Assembly (NCBI GenBank): GCA_000004695.1
Contig: CM000153.2
Span: 3,968,001-4,032,000 of the forward strand
Reading direction: 5' to 3'
DNA from: Dictyostelium discoideum
Taxonomy: Eukaryota
Length of the DNA: 64,000 nucleotides
Positions 42,233 through 56,858 of the stretch are shown one piece after another (the first letter of the stretch is position 1; every line of letters starts with the position of its first letter). Under the pieces are notes generated by a model, which was not told the DNA's origin, did not search any database, and saw only the letters and a program-made list of their open reading frames with translations. The translations under genes and the position numbers were made by a program.

Positions 42233-43861
42233 TTAAATTATTAAAACTGATAAAATAGAAATTAAAATAATAGTAAATAAATTGAAAATTAATTTTGAAG
42301 TATTATTATCATTATCAGCTGGTTCTTTTCTGGCACGAACAGTGATTTTATCAACATAAACTGTTGGTTGATCTTCATTAGCTTTTAACCAAAATCCATC
42401 GAAAACTTCATCAGAGTCATCAAAAGGAACAATAATTTTAGTCCAAGTATTAGCAGCAATTGGTTTGCCATTGAGTTGTTCGACCGAATAGGTTTGTTTC
42501 ACTTCATTGGTGTGATCAGGTTTCTTATGTAATATTTGAAGATTGAGATCTTGGCTACCCATTTCACCACCATGGATCCAAAATTCCAATTGTTTGTGTA
42601 CATTTGTTTGAATACAGCCATAGCACATGAAATGTAAAGATTTCTCTTTGATGGGATTAAATTTAATCGAAAATTTTCCTTCACATGGAATTACCTCGGA
42701 GGAGTTTATAACGGGTTTTGAAGTGCTCCAATCATCGGCCCAATGGGTAATCTTATCATTGTAGATATCAAAGGTATCAGAGAATTGAAGTGGTCTACCA
42801 TTGTTTTTTGCCAATCTTTCTAAATGATTTTTATAACCTTGACCAAATGTAGTTGGATCACCTTCATAATTTTCAATGAGTGATGGGACATTACAATCAC
42901 CGACCAACCAAGACCAAGCCAAATAATGAACACCATTGTCGTCACAATATTGGAGGAAATCTTTAAGGAAATCATGTTGACAATCCTTTTGACCAGTTTC
43001 AGTAGCGATCATTGGAATTTGATCAAAAATTGGTTTAATTTCAATATCCCAACAACCTTTGGATTTACATTGATTGAATTCGTAAGCATGTAAAGAAGCG
43101 GCAATTTGTTGTGGTGATAGAGTATCTCTTGGCATGTAATCAAAGAATTTCAAAAATGAAGAAGCATATTGAATTCCACTCATCAATATGATATTGGTCG
43201 CACCAGTTGATCTAACAGCCTCGAGGAGTTGTTGCATTCCGACTGTACCGTAATCTTGATTGGTGCATTGTGTACCATCTTTCCAACATTGCCATGCATC
43301 GTCATCATTGTATGCATTGTCGTTTGGGTATGGTTCATTGTAGAGATCAAAGATAACACGTGAATTATCTTTAAAATCTCTAGCAACACTCTTCCAAAAA
43401 TCTACACTACTAATATTGTTTGGCATTGGAATTTGTGCTTTTGCTTGTAATCCATTCTTTGAACTCCAATGAAGATCCAAAATTACTGCCAAATTATGAT
43501 CACAAAGCATCTCTACATATGATTTTATTGTATCTCTATATCCATTGCCATACCATAATGCCTCATTTCCATGATTACCCAACCAACAATCTTCATTCAA
43601 TGGTACACGAATTGCATTCAATTTCCAGCTTCTAAGTAATTCAATATGTTCTGAATCACATGGTCCATCGAAAACTTGTGCATTTTGAACACACATATAT
43701 TCTGTACCAGGACGATTTACTCCTCTAAGCATTATTATTTCATCATCAGAGTTATATATTGTATTTCCTTTTATATGTAATCCATGGGTTGTTTGTTCTC
43801 TTGAATATATATTTTTAATTAAAAAACATATAAAAAATATTAAACTAAATTTTATTTTCAT
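42233..43861 (-). CDS. Glycoside hydrolase family 5 endoglucanase (cellulase) with a C-terminal beta-rich extension and a hydrophobic tail, 542 aa
   Basis: A signal peptide is present. The GH5 acid/base is in FDLYNEPY and the nucleophile in IATETGQ. The C-terminal 180 aa form a putative carbohydrate-binding region ending in a hydrophobic segment (LIFNLFTIILISILSVLII). Confidence 0.8.
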   Translation of the reverse strand: MKIKFSLIFFICFLIKNIYSREQTTHGLHIKGNTIYNSDDEIIMLRGVNRPGTEYMCVQNAQVFDGPCDSEHIELLRSWKLNAIRVPLNEDCWLGNHGNEALWYGNGYRDTIKSYVEMLCDHNLAVILDLHWSSKNGLQAKAQIPMPNNISSVDFWKSVARDFKDNSRVIFDLYNEPYPNDNAYNDDDAWQCWKDGTQCTNQDYGTVGMQQLLEAVRSTGATNIILMSGIQYASSFLKFFDYMPRDTLSPQQIAASLHAYEFNQCKSKGCWDIEIKPIFDQIPMIATETGQKDCQHDFLKDFLQYCDDNGVHYLAWSWLVGDCNVPSLIENYEGDPTTFGQGYKNHLERLAKNNGRPLQFSDTFDIYNDKITHWADDWSTSKPVINSSEVIPCEGKFSIKFNPIKEKSLHFMCYGCIQTNVHKQLEFWIHGGEMGSQDLNLQILHKKPDHTNEVKQTYSVEQLNGKPIAANTWTKIIVPFDDSDEVFDGFWLKANEDQPTVYVDKITVRARKEPADNDNNTSKLIFNLFTIILISILSVLII

Positions 43862-44367
43862 TATTTCCTAATATAAAAAAAAAAAATATATAAATAAATT
43901 TTTTTTTTTATTTTTATTTTAAAATTAATTATTATTATTATTATTATTATAAATTATTATTATTATTTATTTATTTATTAATTTATTTATTTATTAATTT
44001 AAAATTTAATGGAAAAAATAATAATTATAAAAATAAAAAAATATTAGAATTATTTTAAAGTTTTTATGTATATATAGTTTTAATTTCGAATTTTTTTATT
44101 CAATAATATTTTTTATGTTGATGGTTGATTTGGATTAAATTAATAGCAGGAATAATAAATATAAAAAAAATAAAAGATAAAAAAAAAAAATAAATTGTGT
44201 TGATAAAAAAAATAAAAAAATAATAAAAAAAAAAAATTTAATTTAAGATGGATTACAAAAATACTAAAATTGGGTAGATAAATAATAGTGTTACCAATCA
44301 GAAAAAAAGTTTTATATTCGAAGTACATTTTTTTTTTATCTTTTTATTATTATTATTATTATTATTT

Positions 44368-44406
<39 letters not shown>

Positions 44407-45913
44407 TATTTATTTATTTAAAACAACCAAAAACAATAATAGATACATGAAAAAAGGATTTAATTGAAAAAAATAGTAATAATAAACACACAATTATGAC
44501 AATGCCATTTTAATACATATTGATTAATTTTATTATTATTTTTATTATTATAAAATTTATATGCTTACTTTTTTGTTTTATTAATTATTCAATCCAATTT
44601 CTTTAAATTGAGTATAAAAATAAAATAAAAAATAAAATTAAATATTATTTTAAAAAGTACAATATGATGCGTTGTTATTACTATAATTGATTATTTTATT
44701 CTTTTAATATTTCTTAAAACAACATAGTAACAAAATATAAAATTTTAATTTGTATTTTATAAATATATATATATATATGTGTGTATGTATGTATCTAGTT
44801 TGTATAGATAAATATTTTAAAACTATATCTTGGTTTTTTTGTTTTTTTATTTATTATTTAATTTTTTTTTTTTTTTTTTTTTTTTAATAAAATTTTAAAT
44901 TTAATATTTGCTTATTTTTTAAAATATTAAAATAATAATTAAATCATTAATTTAAAAGTTTTACAAAATTTAAGGAATAAATGGGAATTAAAACATATGT
45001 TCATACAAAACAATACCAATAATTATTATTTTTTTTTTTTTTTTTGAAACACACACCCACATAAAAAGTTCAAATTACTAAAAAATACAGATATTTGTGT
45101 GGTTCATTTTTTTATTTTTTTATTTTTTTTTTTTTTTTAAATGGATTAAGGAAAATTATTTATATACCCACATTAAAAAATACATAAAAAAATTTTATAC
45201 TCTCTAATTTTAATTTTTTTTGATAATTTTTAATATTAAAAAGTGTTGTGTGCTGTTATATAAAAAATTCCACCCCACTACCAATATTTTTGATGTGTTA
45301 GTGACTTTTTACAGAATATTTGAAAGTTATTGGAAATAACCTCAACTATCCGTAATTATGTTATTATTATTATTTTAAATTTACAAATACAAATAAATTG
45401 TTTGTTATGGTATTAAAAACTGTTTTCCAAATGTATAGAAACCCCAATAAAAATTTATTTTAAAGTAAAGAATGAATGATTTTTATTCACCATTTTAAAA
45501 TTATTATTTTTTAAAATAGTAGATTTAAAATATAATAGTTACTTTCATTGTTTGAAAATATTATTATTATTTTTTTATTTTTTTTTTATTTTATTTTTTT
45601 TTAAACATAAAAACACTTTTTTTTTTTTTTTTTTCAATAATAAAAACAAATTCATAAAAACAAACCCAAAATATCTATTTTAGATTTTAAAGAATAAAAA
45701 AATAAAAAAATAATAAATGATTTGGTGGATTATAAAGTGTGTGAGTGTGTTGAAAAATGAAAATGCTTATTACAATTTTTGGTGTTAAATAAAAATGATT
45801 TACTTTTTTCGTCTTTATTTAATCATTTAGATTATAATTTATACTACAATTAAAAATATACACAAATAAAATTCTATATTTTTTAATTTTGGAAATGATT
45901 TAATCAAAATTTT

Positions 45914-45946
<33 letters not shown>

Positions 45947-46321
45947 CTACACATTTATTTAAATAAAAAAAAAATTAAAAATGAAATAAAAAATAAAACT
46001 TTTAATCATTGTAGTTTTATTTCTACAAAAATATTTAATAATTTATGATATATCATATTAATACCATTATTTTTTTTTATTAATTTATAAATTATTTTAT
46101 TTAATTACTAGTAATTTTTAATTAAATTGTAAGATAGTTTATGAGGATGTACCATCACATTTTATTTTATTATTTTTTTTTTTTTTTTTTGGCATATCGT
46201 GATATTTTTTTTTTTTGGATAAAATTTTTTGTTTACTTTTTTTTATGTTTTTTTTTCTGTTTTTTTTTTTTTTTTTTTGTGTGTTTTTTTTTAATGGTAT
46301 TACTATTAATTTAGTGTGTTA

Positions 46322-47437
46322 TTAGAATAATCTAAAATCGAAAGTATCTTGTATTTGGCTTACTGCTGTCCAAATGCATTCTTCTTGATTTCTGACGTAT
46401 TCTGATCTTAAGAATAAAAAGAAAAATAATAATGATGCAAAATCAAATAATTGAATTAAATCGACATAACTAAAGATATACATTGGACATCCACCTGTAA
46501 TTATTAATATTGTTTATTATTATTTATTATATTAGTATCAATTCTACCTGTAAACTGTAATTTTTTTTATAAAGTGTTCCTTACCTGGTAGATATTTTGC
46601 CCAAACAAAAAGTGGTAAATAATTACTTAAATTAAAAATTGCCCCTAAAATTATAAATGCTCTACTCTTTCTAGTTGGACCTTCTCTAGAGAATGCAAAT
46701 GCAATCATTAAAACTAAAACAATGATTGGAATGTGTTGTAATATAAAAAATGCTAATAATATATAATAAAATACTGTATTCTCTTTGCTATATATATATT
46801 ATGTGTTGTGTTTGTGTATTAGTTTCAATTGATTTTGTTTTTTTTTTTGTTTTTTTTATTTTTTAAAAACTTACTCTATTTCTACATAAACAAAAACTAA
46901 AAAACAAACAAAACATAACAAGAAAAATACCTCTAGCAAAGAGATATGTTTTTTAAAGGATGTAGTCCATTTTGAAGAATTTCTATTCTCTTGTTGAATT
47001 TGTTGTAAAAGTAATGGTTCATTCTCTCTGTGAGTTGCTTGTTGTTGTGATGTTGATCTGTATCTACGTTGATGATTTAAAGCCAATGTCAATGCCAATG
47101 CAGTAAATCCATGTAATGTTAAACTTGCTATAAAAAATACTTCCTCCACATGTTCTTCCCTAGTTTTATCCATTGCATATCTAATTGTATTTGATGCTCC
47201 TCTTAAACCTAATGCTAAATAATAAACGATCCATAATGTATTCGATATTGTTTGCGTTCGTATCTTTTTATTGAAAACATCGACACTGTTATATTTAAAT
47301 GCTATAATCGTTGCGAATATAAAACACGATATTGATAATGATGCAAATATTAATGAAATTGATGGATAACTAAAATATTCATTAATCCTTAAACCACTTG
47401 GGCAATCTGGAACATTAATTTGTAAAAATTCACCCAT
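46322..47437 (-). CDS. Predicted multi-pass membrane protein. Three exons: 47437..46875, 46787..46585, 46494..46322, about 312 aa.
   Basis: Exon 1 is an ORF-track hit carrying several TM helices. The downstream exons come from GTAAGT..TATAG and GTAAGG..TTACAG introns, which keep an open hydrophobic frame to a TAA. Any relation to the 7TM DUF1084/TOM1-like family is only a guess. Confidence 0.5.
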
Positions 47438-47521
47438 TATTATTAAATATATATTTAATTTTGATTTTTTTTTTTTTTTTTTTTTTTTTTTCCCCCCCCC
47501 CTTTTTGGTTTTGGTTTCCTT

Positions 47522-47560
<39 letters not shown>

Positions 47561-48354
47561 ATATTTATTGAAACTTTTTTTTTTATTTCTATTTTCTATT
47601 CTTGTGTTTTTATTTACTATCTACAATTTCAAAACTAATTATCTTAGTTTTTATTTTTATTATTATTTTGTTTTTGTTTTTTTTTTTTTTTTTTTAGTTT
47701 TTTTTTTTTTGTTATCTATTTATTTATTTTTTTTTAAAAAAAAAAAAGGTTATAGTAATATACTATATATTATATTATTATTTTGTACATATATTATATA
47801 TTTTGAAAATAAATAAATAAATAAATAAAATAATGATATAAACTTTTTGAAAGGGTCGATGTTTGTCAAAAAAAAAAAAATATTTAAGTGGTCAAAAAAA
47901 TTTTAAAAAATAAAAAATTTTAAAAAATAAAAAAAAATAAAAAAAATAAAAAAAATAATAAAAAAAAAATCCTTTAGGTTATTGTTTGAAAAATAAAAAA
48001 ATAAAAAAAATAAAAAAATAAGAATAATCAAACTTTGATTATTAAAAATATAAGTTAAACCAAAATAAAACAAAATAAAAACAAAATGATAAAAAAAATA
48101 AAAAAAAAAAAAACGAAAAAAAAAAAAAAAAAAAAAATATAATTAAAATAAAATAAAAAAAAAAAAATTTAATAATAAAGATAATAGATTTTTTTTTTTT
48201 TTTCGGGGGAAACTTTTTTTTTTTTTCAATGAAAATGCTAAGGGAAAAAAAAAAAAAAAAAAAAACCTTTTTTTTTCCAAATTTTTCCCAATAAAAAAAA
48301 AAAAAAACCCTTCCTTTTTTTAAAGGAACCCTTCCCCACCCAACACGATTTTAA

Positions 48355-48393
<39 letters not shown>

Positions 48394-48706
48394 CATTATT
48401 TTTATTTTTTAATTACTATTTTAAATTTTTTTTAATATTTTATTTTTTTAGTTTTATTATTACTATTTTAGATTTTTTTTAATATTTTATTTTTTTTGTT
48501 TTATTAAAAATATTTTTTTTATTTTTTTTATTTTTTTTATTTTTTTTTTTTATTTTTTTTTTTTTTTTTAATTTTTTTTTTTTATTTTTTCATTTTCTTA
48601 TAAACCAACCACATTTTTGGAAAAATCAGATTTTTTTTTATTTTTTTTTATTTCTGAATATAAAAATAGTAATAATTATAATACACAATAATAATAATAA
48701 AGGAAA

Positions 48707-50260
<1,554 letters not shown>

Positions 50261-50287
50261 ATGGGATCCCAAAAAAAAAAAAAAAAG

Positions 50288-50323
<36 letters not shown>

Positions 50324-50821
50324 GTATAATGGTAATATAGGATAAATAGATAATTAAATAAAAAAAAAAAAAATAAAATAAATAAATAAATATGATCAAA
50401 AAAAAAAAAAAAAAAAAAAAAAATAACTAAATAAATATGATCAAAAAAAAAAAAAATAAATAAATATGATCAAAAAAAAAATTATCTTTGTTGGTGGTGT
50501 TTTTTTTTTTTTGTTTTTTTTTTGTTTGATTGTCCGAGAGAAAACTTAATTTAATGGTGTCTGAAGAAAAAGAAATAAAAATATTTATACATTTCTTTTT
50601 GGTATTTGGTGGTTATGTTTAAATGATATGAAAATAAGTTTTGAAAAAAAAAAAAAAAAAAAAAAGTTAAAAATGAAACTTGGCAAAGCCCGGAAAAAAT
50701 TATTTTAACCCCATTTTAAAACTGCGGGGTTGATCGGCAATATATTTTCATTTGCTGTTGTTCAACTGTGTTGGGGAAATGGTGCTGTCGTCACAAAAAC
50801 AAAAATCTTCAAAAAGTAGGT

Positions 50822-50886
<65 letters not shown>

Positions 50887-51112
50887 TTTTGACTTTTTCT
50901 GGTGGGCAATCCAACCCATAGCCTATTCAAAAAAAAAAATGGTTTTTTTTTTTTTTTTTCTTAATTTTATTTCCTTTTTTTTTTTTTTTTTTCTTTTTTT
51001 TTTTTTTTTTCCATTAATATTAAATCAAACAATTCTAATGTCATAATAATTTTATATTTATTTTTAATTATTTTATTAAAAAATAAAAAAAAAAAAAAAA
51101 AAAAAAAAAGAA

Positions 51113-51227
51113 ATGGCAAACACTCATAAATTTTTTAAACTTTTTAATATACTAGATTCATTGTCTATTGATATATTAAAAAATGCTTTTAAATCTGGAT
51201 CAAACCAGATTTATGTTGTAAGTTTGG

Positions 51228-51278
<51 letters not shown>

Positions 51279-54200
51279 AAACATGGACAAATATAGAAAA
51301 GGAACTAATATACTTTTTTTTTTTTTTTTAAAATTAAAAATAATATTAGGATAAACTATTATTTCCAATTATAGAAATTATTGATAGTATAAATAATAGT
51401 GAAGCATCAATTTCAGAGATATTTTATCAAAGAATGGTAAATGAATCAAGATTATTTGATCCAAATAAAATTAAAAAGAATAGAGAATTATTAGAATTTA
51501 TAATTAAAAAAATTGAAGATATTACAATGTTATCAAAAAATAAAAAAATTAAAATAATGGTTATTAAATTTTTTGAAAAACTTTTACACCATTGGTCAAA
51601 TTATACAATTGATCCAGATTCATCATTAGTTGGATTGGTTCCAACTGATAAATTAATGTCAAAATGTTTATTGGAAACTGAATGGTATTTAAATCAATCA
51701 AATAGTAATAATAGTAATAATAATAGTAATAGTAATAATAATAATAATAATAATTATGATTGTAATAATAGTTTAAGTAATAGTAGTAGTGGTATTAATA
51801 ATAGTAGTAGCAATAGTAATAATAGTAATAATAATAGTAGCGGCAGTAGTAGTAATAATAAAGAATATAATAATTTTTATCAAGGTTTTAAAGATAATGA
51901 TAAAGAAGAATTTGTTAAAAAGATAATTCAATTATCATCAATTGAAAATTCAAATGAATTAATGATAACAATTAGATATTTAGCATCATTGTATAGAGGT
52001 GTTTTAGAAAGAGTTAAAAAAGGTGATTTAATAATTGTAACATTTTCAACAATTTTAAAACAACCAATTAATTCAACTAATAATATTGAAATTTCATTAG
52101 CAAATCCATCAAATATTTTATTATCAAAACCTCCAAAAACAACACTTTCTCAAACTCAAGCAAAAGGTTATTTCTCAAAAACTAAAATTATACCAAATAG
52201 AATTTCATCATCAAGTAAACCAATTAAAATTATAACATTAGAAGAATATTGTAGATTAAATATAAAACCAATTGAACAATTTGAACAAGATAAAGAAATT
52301 AATAATAATAAAAATAATAATAAAAATAATGATTCAGATGATTCAGATGATTCAGATGATGGTTCAGATGATAATGATGATGGAAGTTGTATAGATAAAA
52401 ATAAAAAAGAAAAATTTAAATCACCAGATTCATCATTAAAAGTTTTAAATGTAAAACATAATGTTTTTAATAGGAGAGGTCAATTTGCAAGATATTCAGG
52501 TGAAACAGTTGGTGATTATTTAATTTGTTATTTTTCACCAGAGGAAACTGAAGGTGTTGCAGTATCATTAGAGAATATTTTGATATTAGGTAGAGAAACA
52601 ATTGATAGTATTAAATCATGTTATGCAAATCCAAATGATAAGAAAATTTTAACAGATATTCATCAACCAACTAATGATTTTGGTTATTTAATTGGTCAAA
52701 AAGTTAAAGATTATACTGTAAAACATTTAAAACAAAATGAAGACATTGATATGAATTTCATAAAAACTGAATATAAAAAATATAATAATAATAAATATAA
52801 TCCAAATAGGAACCACTATAATAACAACAACAACAACAATAATAATAATAATTTAGATGAAGATGATCAATCAACAAATTGTTTAAAATCTTTAACAAAG
52901 GTAAAGAAAATGTCAGATACAGTAAATATAATATTAAATAATTATCGTCAAAATCAACAAGCTACTGAATATTCTTCAGAATTGGCAGAGGTACCATTGG
53001 TTTATAAAAATTTAGAGAGAGAAATTAAAAAAGAGGTTGAAATATTTGAGAAATCAACAAATATTAGAAATTTCTTTATACCTTATTATGGCGAAACATT
53101 GTATAATTTTAATAGAAATACACCATTGAAAAAGGCAACTAGAAAAATTCAACAAATTAAATATGAAATTGATTTATTATTTGATAAATTGAATCAAGAG
53201 AAACTTCAATATTTAGATGGTTCTCGTAAGGCTGACATGTCAGATTGGTGGTTAAATTTACGTGATTCAAGATGTAATGAATTCTTGGATAAATTAGGAT
53301 ACAAATTAAATGCATTACCAGATAACTATATTGAACAACAACCTTCAAATATTCAAGATATAATAAAAAATTTGAAAATTATTAAAACAATTCTAAATAG
53401 TACATCTAGTGGTGGTGGTGGTGGTGGTGGTGGTGAAATTGATTCCAAAGTTGTTTCAAAATATTCACCACTTCCATTAATTAAAGAATTGACAAAAGAA
53501 ATTTATCCAAGAATTCACCAATTTAAAAATAATTGTCATTTAATAATTTGTGATGAATTTAAGTTAACTTGTTATCCTGGTAATGAATCTATGAAATTGT
53601 TTTTAAATACTTTAAAATATGAAAATAAAATTAGTAAAGAAGTTTATGATCAATATGAACTATTATTATTAGATTTAGATTATTTAACTGAAATGGAACA
53701 ATCTGAAAATACAAATAAATCTTTTCATATTGTACCTATTAGTGGTTTAGTAATTGGTTTCTTTTCAATACTAGTAAATGAATTAAAAACTGCAATTGAA
53801 CAATGGTCAACTCCAAATGATTTTATTCATTTACCAAATTCAATTTCAACAACAAATTTAATTTCTGGTTTAAATTTAAATTCGGTTGCAAATTCAAATA
53901 TACCAATACCACCACCTCTACCACCCCCACCCCCACCTCCACCACCACATATACCATTATCTCCAAATAGTGCTAGTAGTAGTAGTAATAATAGTAGTGG
54001 TAGTTTTTGGTCAACAAGTATTAAAAAACCGATATCAATACCATCAATATTTATGAATAATAGACAATTAAATAGCAATAATAATAATAATAATAATAAT
54101 AATAGTAATAATTTAAGTGGTCAATTAAATTATAATATGAATTATAGTGCAAATACTATTGGTAGAGCAATGACAAAAGATGAGAAATCAATTTTAATTA

Positions 54201-54817
54201 AAAGTATTTTATCAGAGGATTCAAGTTTTGTTGAAGAGGTTATAACTAGTTTAAAGTATGAAAGTGAATCAGAATTTCAAAAAGTATGGCTAAATGAACC
54301 AGATGGTGTTACAGGCTGGGCACCAATTCATTTCGCTTGTTTTATTGGTAATTCGGATATAATAAATCAACTTTTAGATCAACCCGGTATTGATATAAAT
54401 ATAAAGAGTAAACAACGTGGTTCCGCTCTACATTTCATAGTAAAACATCAATATACTGAAAAGAGAAAGAATGTTATAAACAAAATGATAAACAAAGGCA
54501 TAGATATCAATAACTCTACAAAGATAAGTGGTGAAACTCCACTTCATTCTTGCTCGCTTAGAGGTAATTTCGAATGGCTGCAATTCCTATTGGAAAAAGG
54601 TGCAAATGTAAATGCTGTAACTCTAAATAATGAAACCAGTTTACATTATGCCATCACTGTCAATAGAATTGATATAGTTGATTTCTTAATTAAATATGGT
54701 GCTAAAATAGATATAAAATCAAAGAAAAGAGGTACTCCAATCCAACTTGCTGCAAACTTAAATTTACCAAGAATAGTTGAATTATTGGAATATCATGCTT
54801 CAATGAAATCAAAATAA
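51113..54817 (+). CDS. Large ankyrin-repeat protein with a proline-rich segment. Two exons, 51113..51217 and 51350..54817, about 1190 aa.
   Basis: The first exon (MANTHKFF...NQIYV) is joined via a GTAAGT..ATATTAG intron. Three to four C-terminal ANK repeats are present (GWAPIHFACFIGNSDIINQLL, GETPLHSCSLRGNFEWLQFLLEKGANVN, ETSLHYAITVNRIDIVDFLIKYGAKID). A poly-Pro stretch reads PIPPPLPPPPPPPPPHIP. Confidence 0.65.
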
Positions 54818-55179
54818 ATAAAATAAAAAAAACAAAATAAAAAAAATAAAAATTAGTGTTTTTATCTTTATAAAAAGTATTTTTTTTTTTTTTTTTTTTT
54901 TGTATATATACGAATCCACCCCGTCCTTATTTTTTTTTTTTTTCAATTATTTTTTTATTTTTAGACTGTTTGGGAAATTAGGTCCATGTGCTTTTTTTTT
55001 TTTTTGAAATATCAATAAAATTTTCTTAGAAGAGGATATTTTAATTAAAAAAAAAAAAAAAAAAAAAAAAATTTTTAAAATTTTTGTGAATGTTTTTTTA
55101 ATTTTTTTTTTTTTTTTTTTTATTGGCATTCATAAATTTAAAGCATACTACCAGAATAAAATAAATAAAAAAAAAGAAA

Positions 55180-56796
55180 ATGAGTGGAACCAATAGTTGG
55201 TTAAACAATAATAACAATAATAGTAATACAACATTAACAAATACAAATACTATTGGAGGTACAAATTTTGGTATAAATCAATTTGATGGTGATGATTGGG
55301 ATAATATTTTTGATGGTAATAATGGTGATGGTGATGGTGATTTAGATGGTGATAGTTATAAAAGTTATCAAAATCCATACTCTTATCGTGATTGTATAAT
55401 ATTTTTAATAGATGCATCAAAAGCAATGTTTGAACCAAATGAAAATAATGAAATCCCATTTCATAATGCAGTAAAATGTTTAATTCAAACAATTACTGAT
55501 AAAATTATTACAAGTGATAGTGATTTAATTGGTGTTTGTTTTTATAATACAGTAAGTAAATCTATATATATATATATATATATATAAATATTTAAAATTA
55601 AACAAATTATTAATCATTAATATTTATTTTAAAGAATAAAAAAAAAAATATAAATGATTTTGAAAATATATATGTATTATCAGATTTAGATATACCAGAT
55701 CCAAAGATAATATTAACATTAGAAGAAATGTTAGAGAATTCAAATTTCACTACGAATGGATTGGGTAATTGTCAAGGTGAAATGCCATTTTGTGATGCAT
55801 TATGGACATGTTCAACCATGTTTAGTAATATCAAACAATCTGGATCATCATCAGGTGAGAATTCAAATAATAATAATTTCAAAAGAATTTTCTTATTCAC
55901 AAATGAAGACAATCCGAATGCATACAATGATAGTATTAGAAATTCATCGATTCAACGTTCAAAAGATTTATCAGATTTAAATATTCAAATTGAATTATTC
56001 TCAATGAATAAATCTGTGAATGATAAATTCGATTTCTCTTTATTCTATCAACATATTCTAATATTTGCAGATGAAGAGAATTATTTAGATCCAACTCAAT
56101 TTGATGCAAGTTCCAAATTCTCTGATTTAAGATTTAAATTAAAAAGAAAAGAATTTAAAAAAAGATCATTAGGTAAATTACCATTATATATTGGTAATTT
56201 AAATAATAATAATAATAATAGCAATAGTTTAGATAGTCAAGTTATTATATCAACTCAACTTTATAATTTATTTTCACATGCTCATAAATCATCACCAACA
56301 TTATTAGATCCAAAAACAAATTTACCAGTTAAACAATTGATAAAGAATGTTTGTGCAAACACTCAAGCTACTTTATTACCATCACAAATTAAACTTTGTT
56401 ATCATTATGGTGGTGAACCTGTTATATTTACCAAAGATGAGATGCAAACAATTAAATCTATCGATAGAATTGGTTTCACTTTGTTAGGTTTTAAACCATT
56501 GGAAAACATTAAACCCTATCATTCAATCAAACATTCACAATTCATTTTCCCTGATGATCAATCAATTAAAGGTTCGGTTTTAGCATTCAATGCTTTGGTT
56601 GAACAAATGTTAAAATCTGGTAAAGCTGCAATTTGTCGTTTCACTCCACGTTCATCTTCTTCACCTCGTATGGTTGCTTTAATACCACAAGAAGAGATTT
56701 TACAATCTGAATCTGAATTTAATAATCAACAATTATTAAATTCATTATCATCACAACAACAACAACAACAATCTTCTCAACAATCTTCTTCTTCCC

Positions 56797-56858
<62 letters not shown>

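Noticed and set aside
53827-54078. Poly-Gly/Leu ORF antisense to the ankyrin gene
   Set aside because: Antisense of the poly-Pro/poly-Asn coding stretch.
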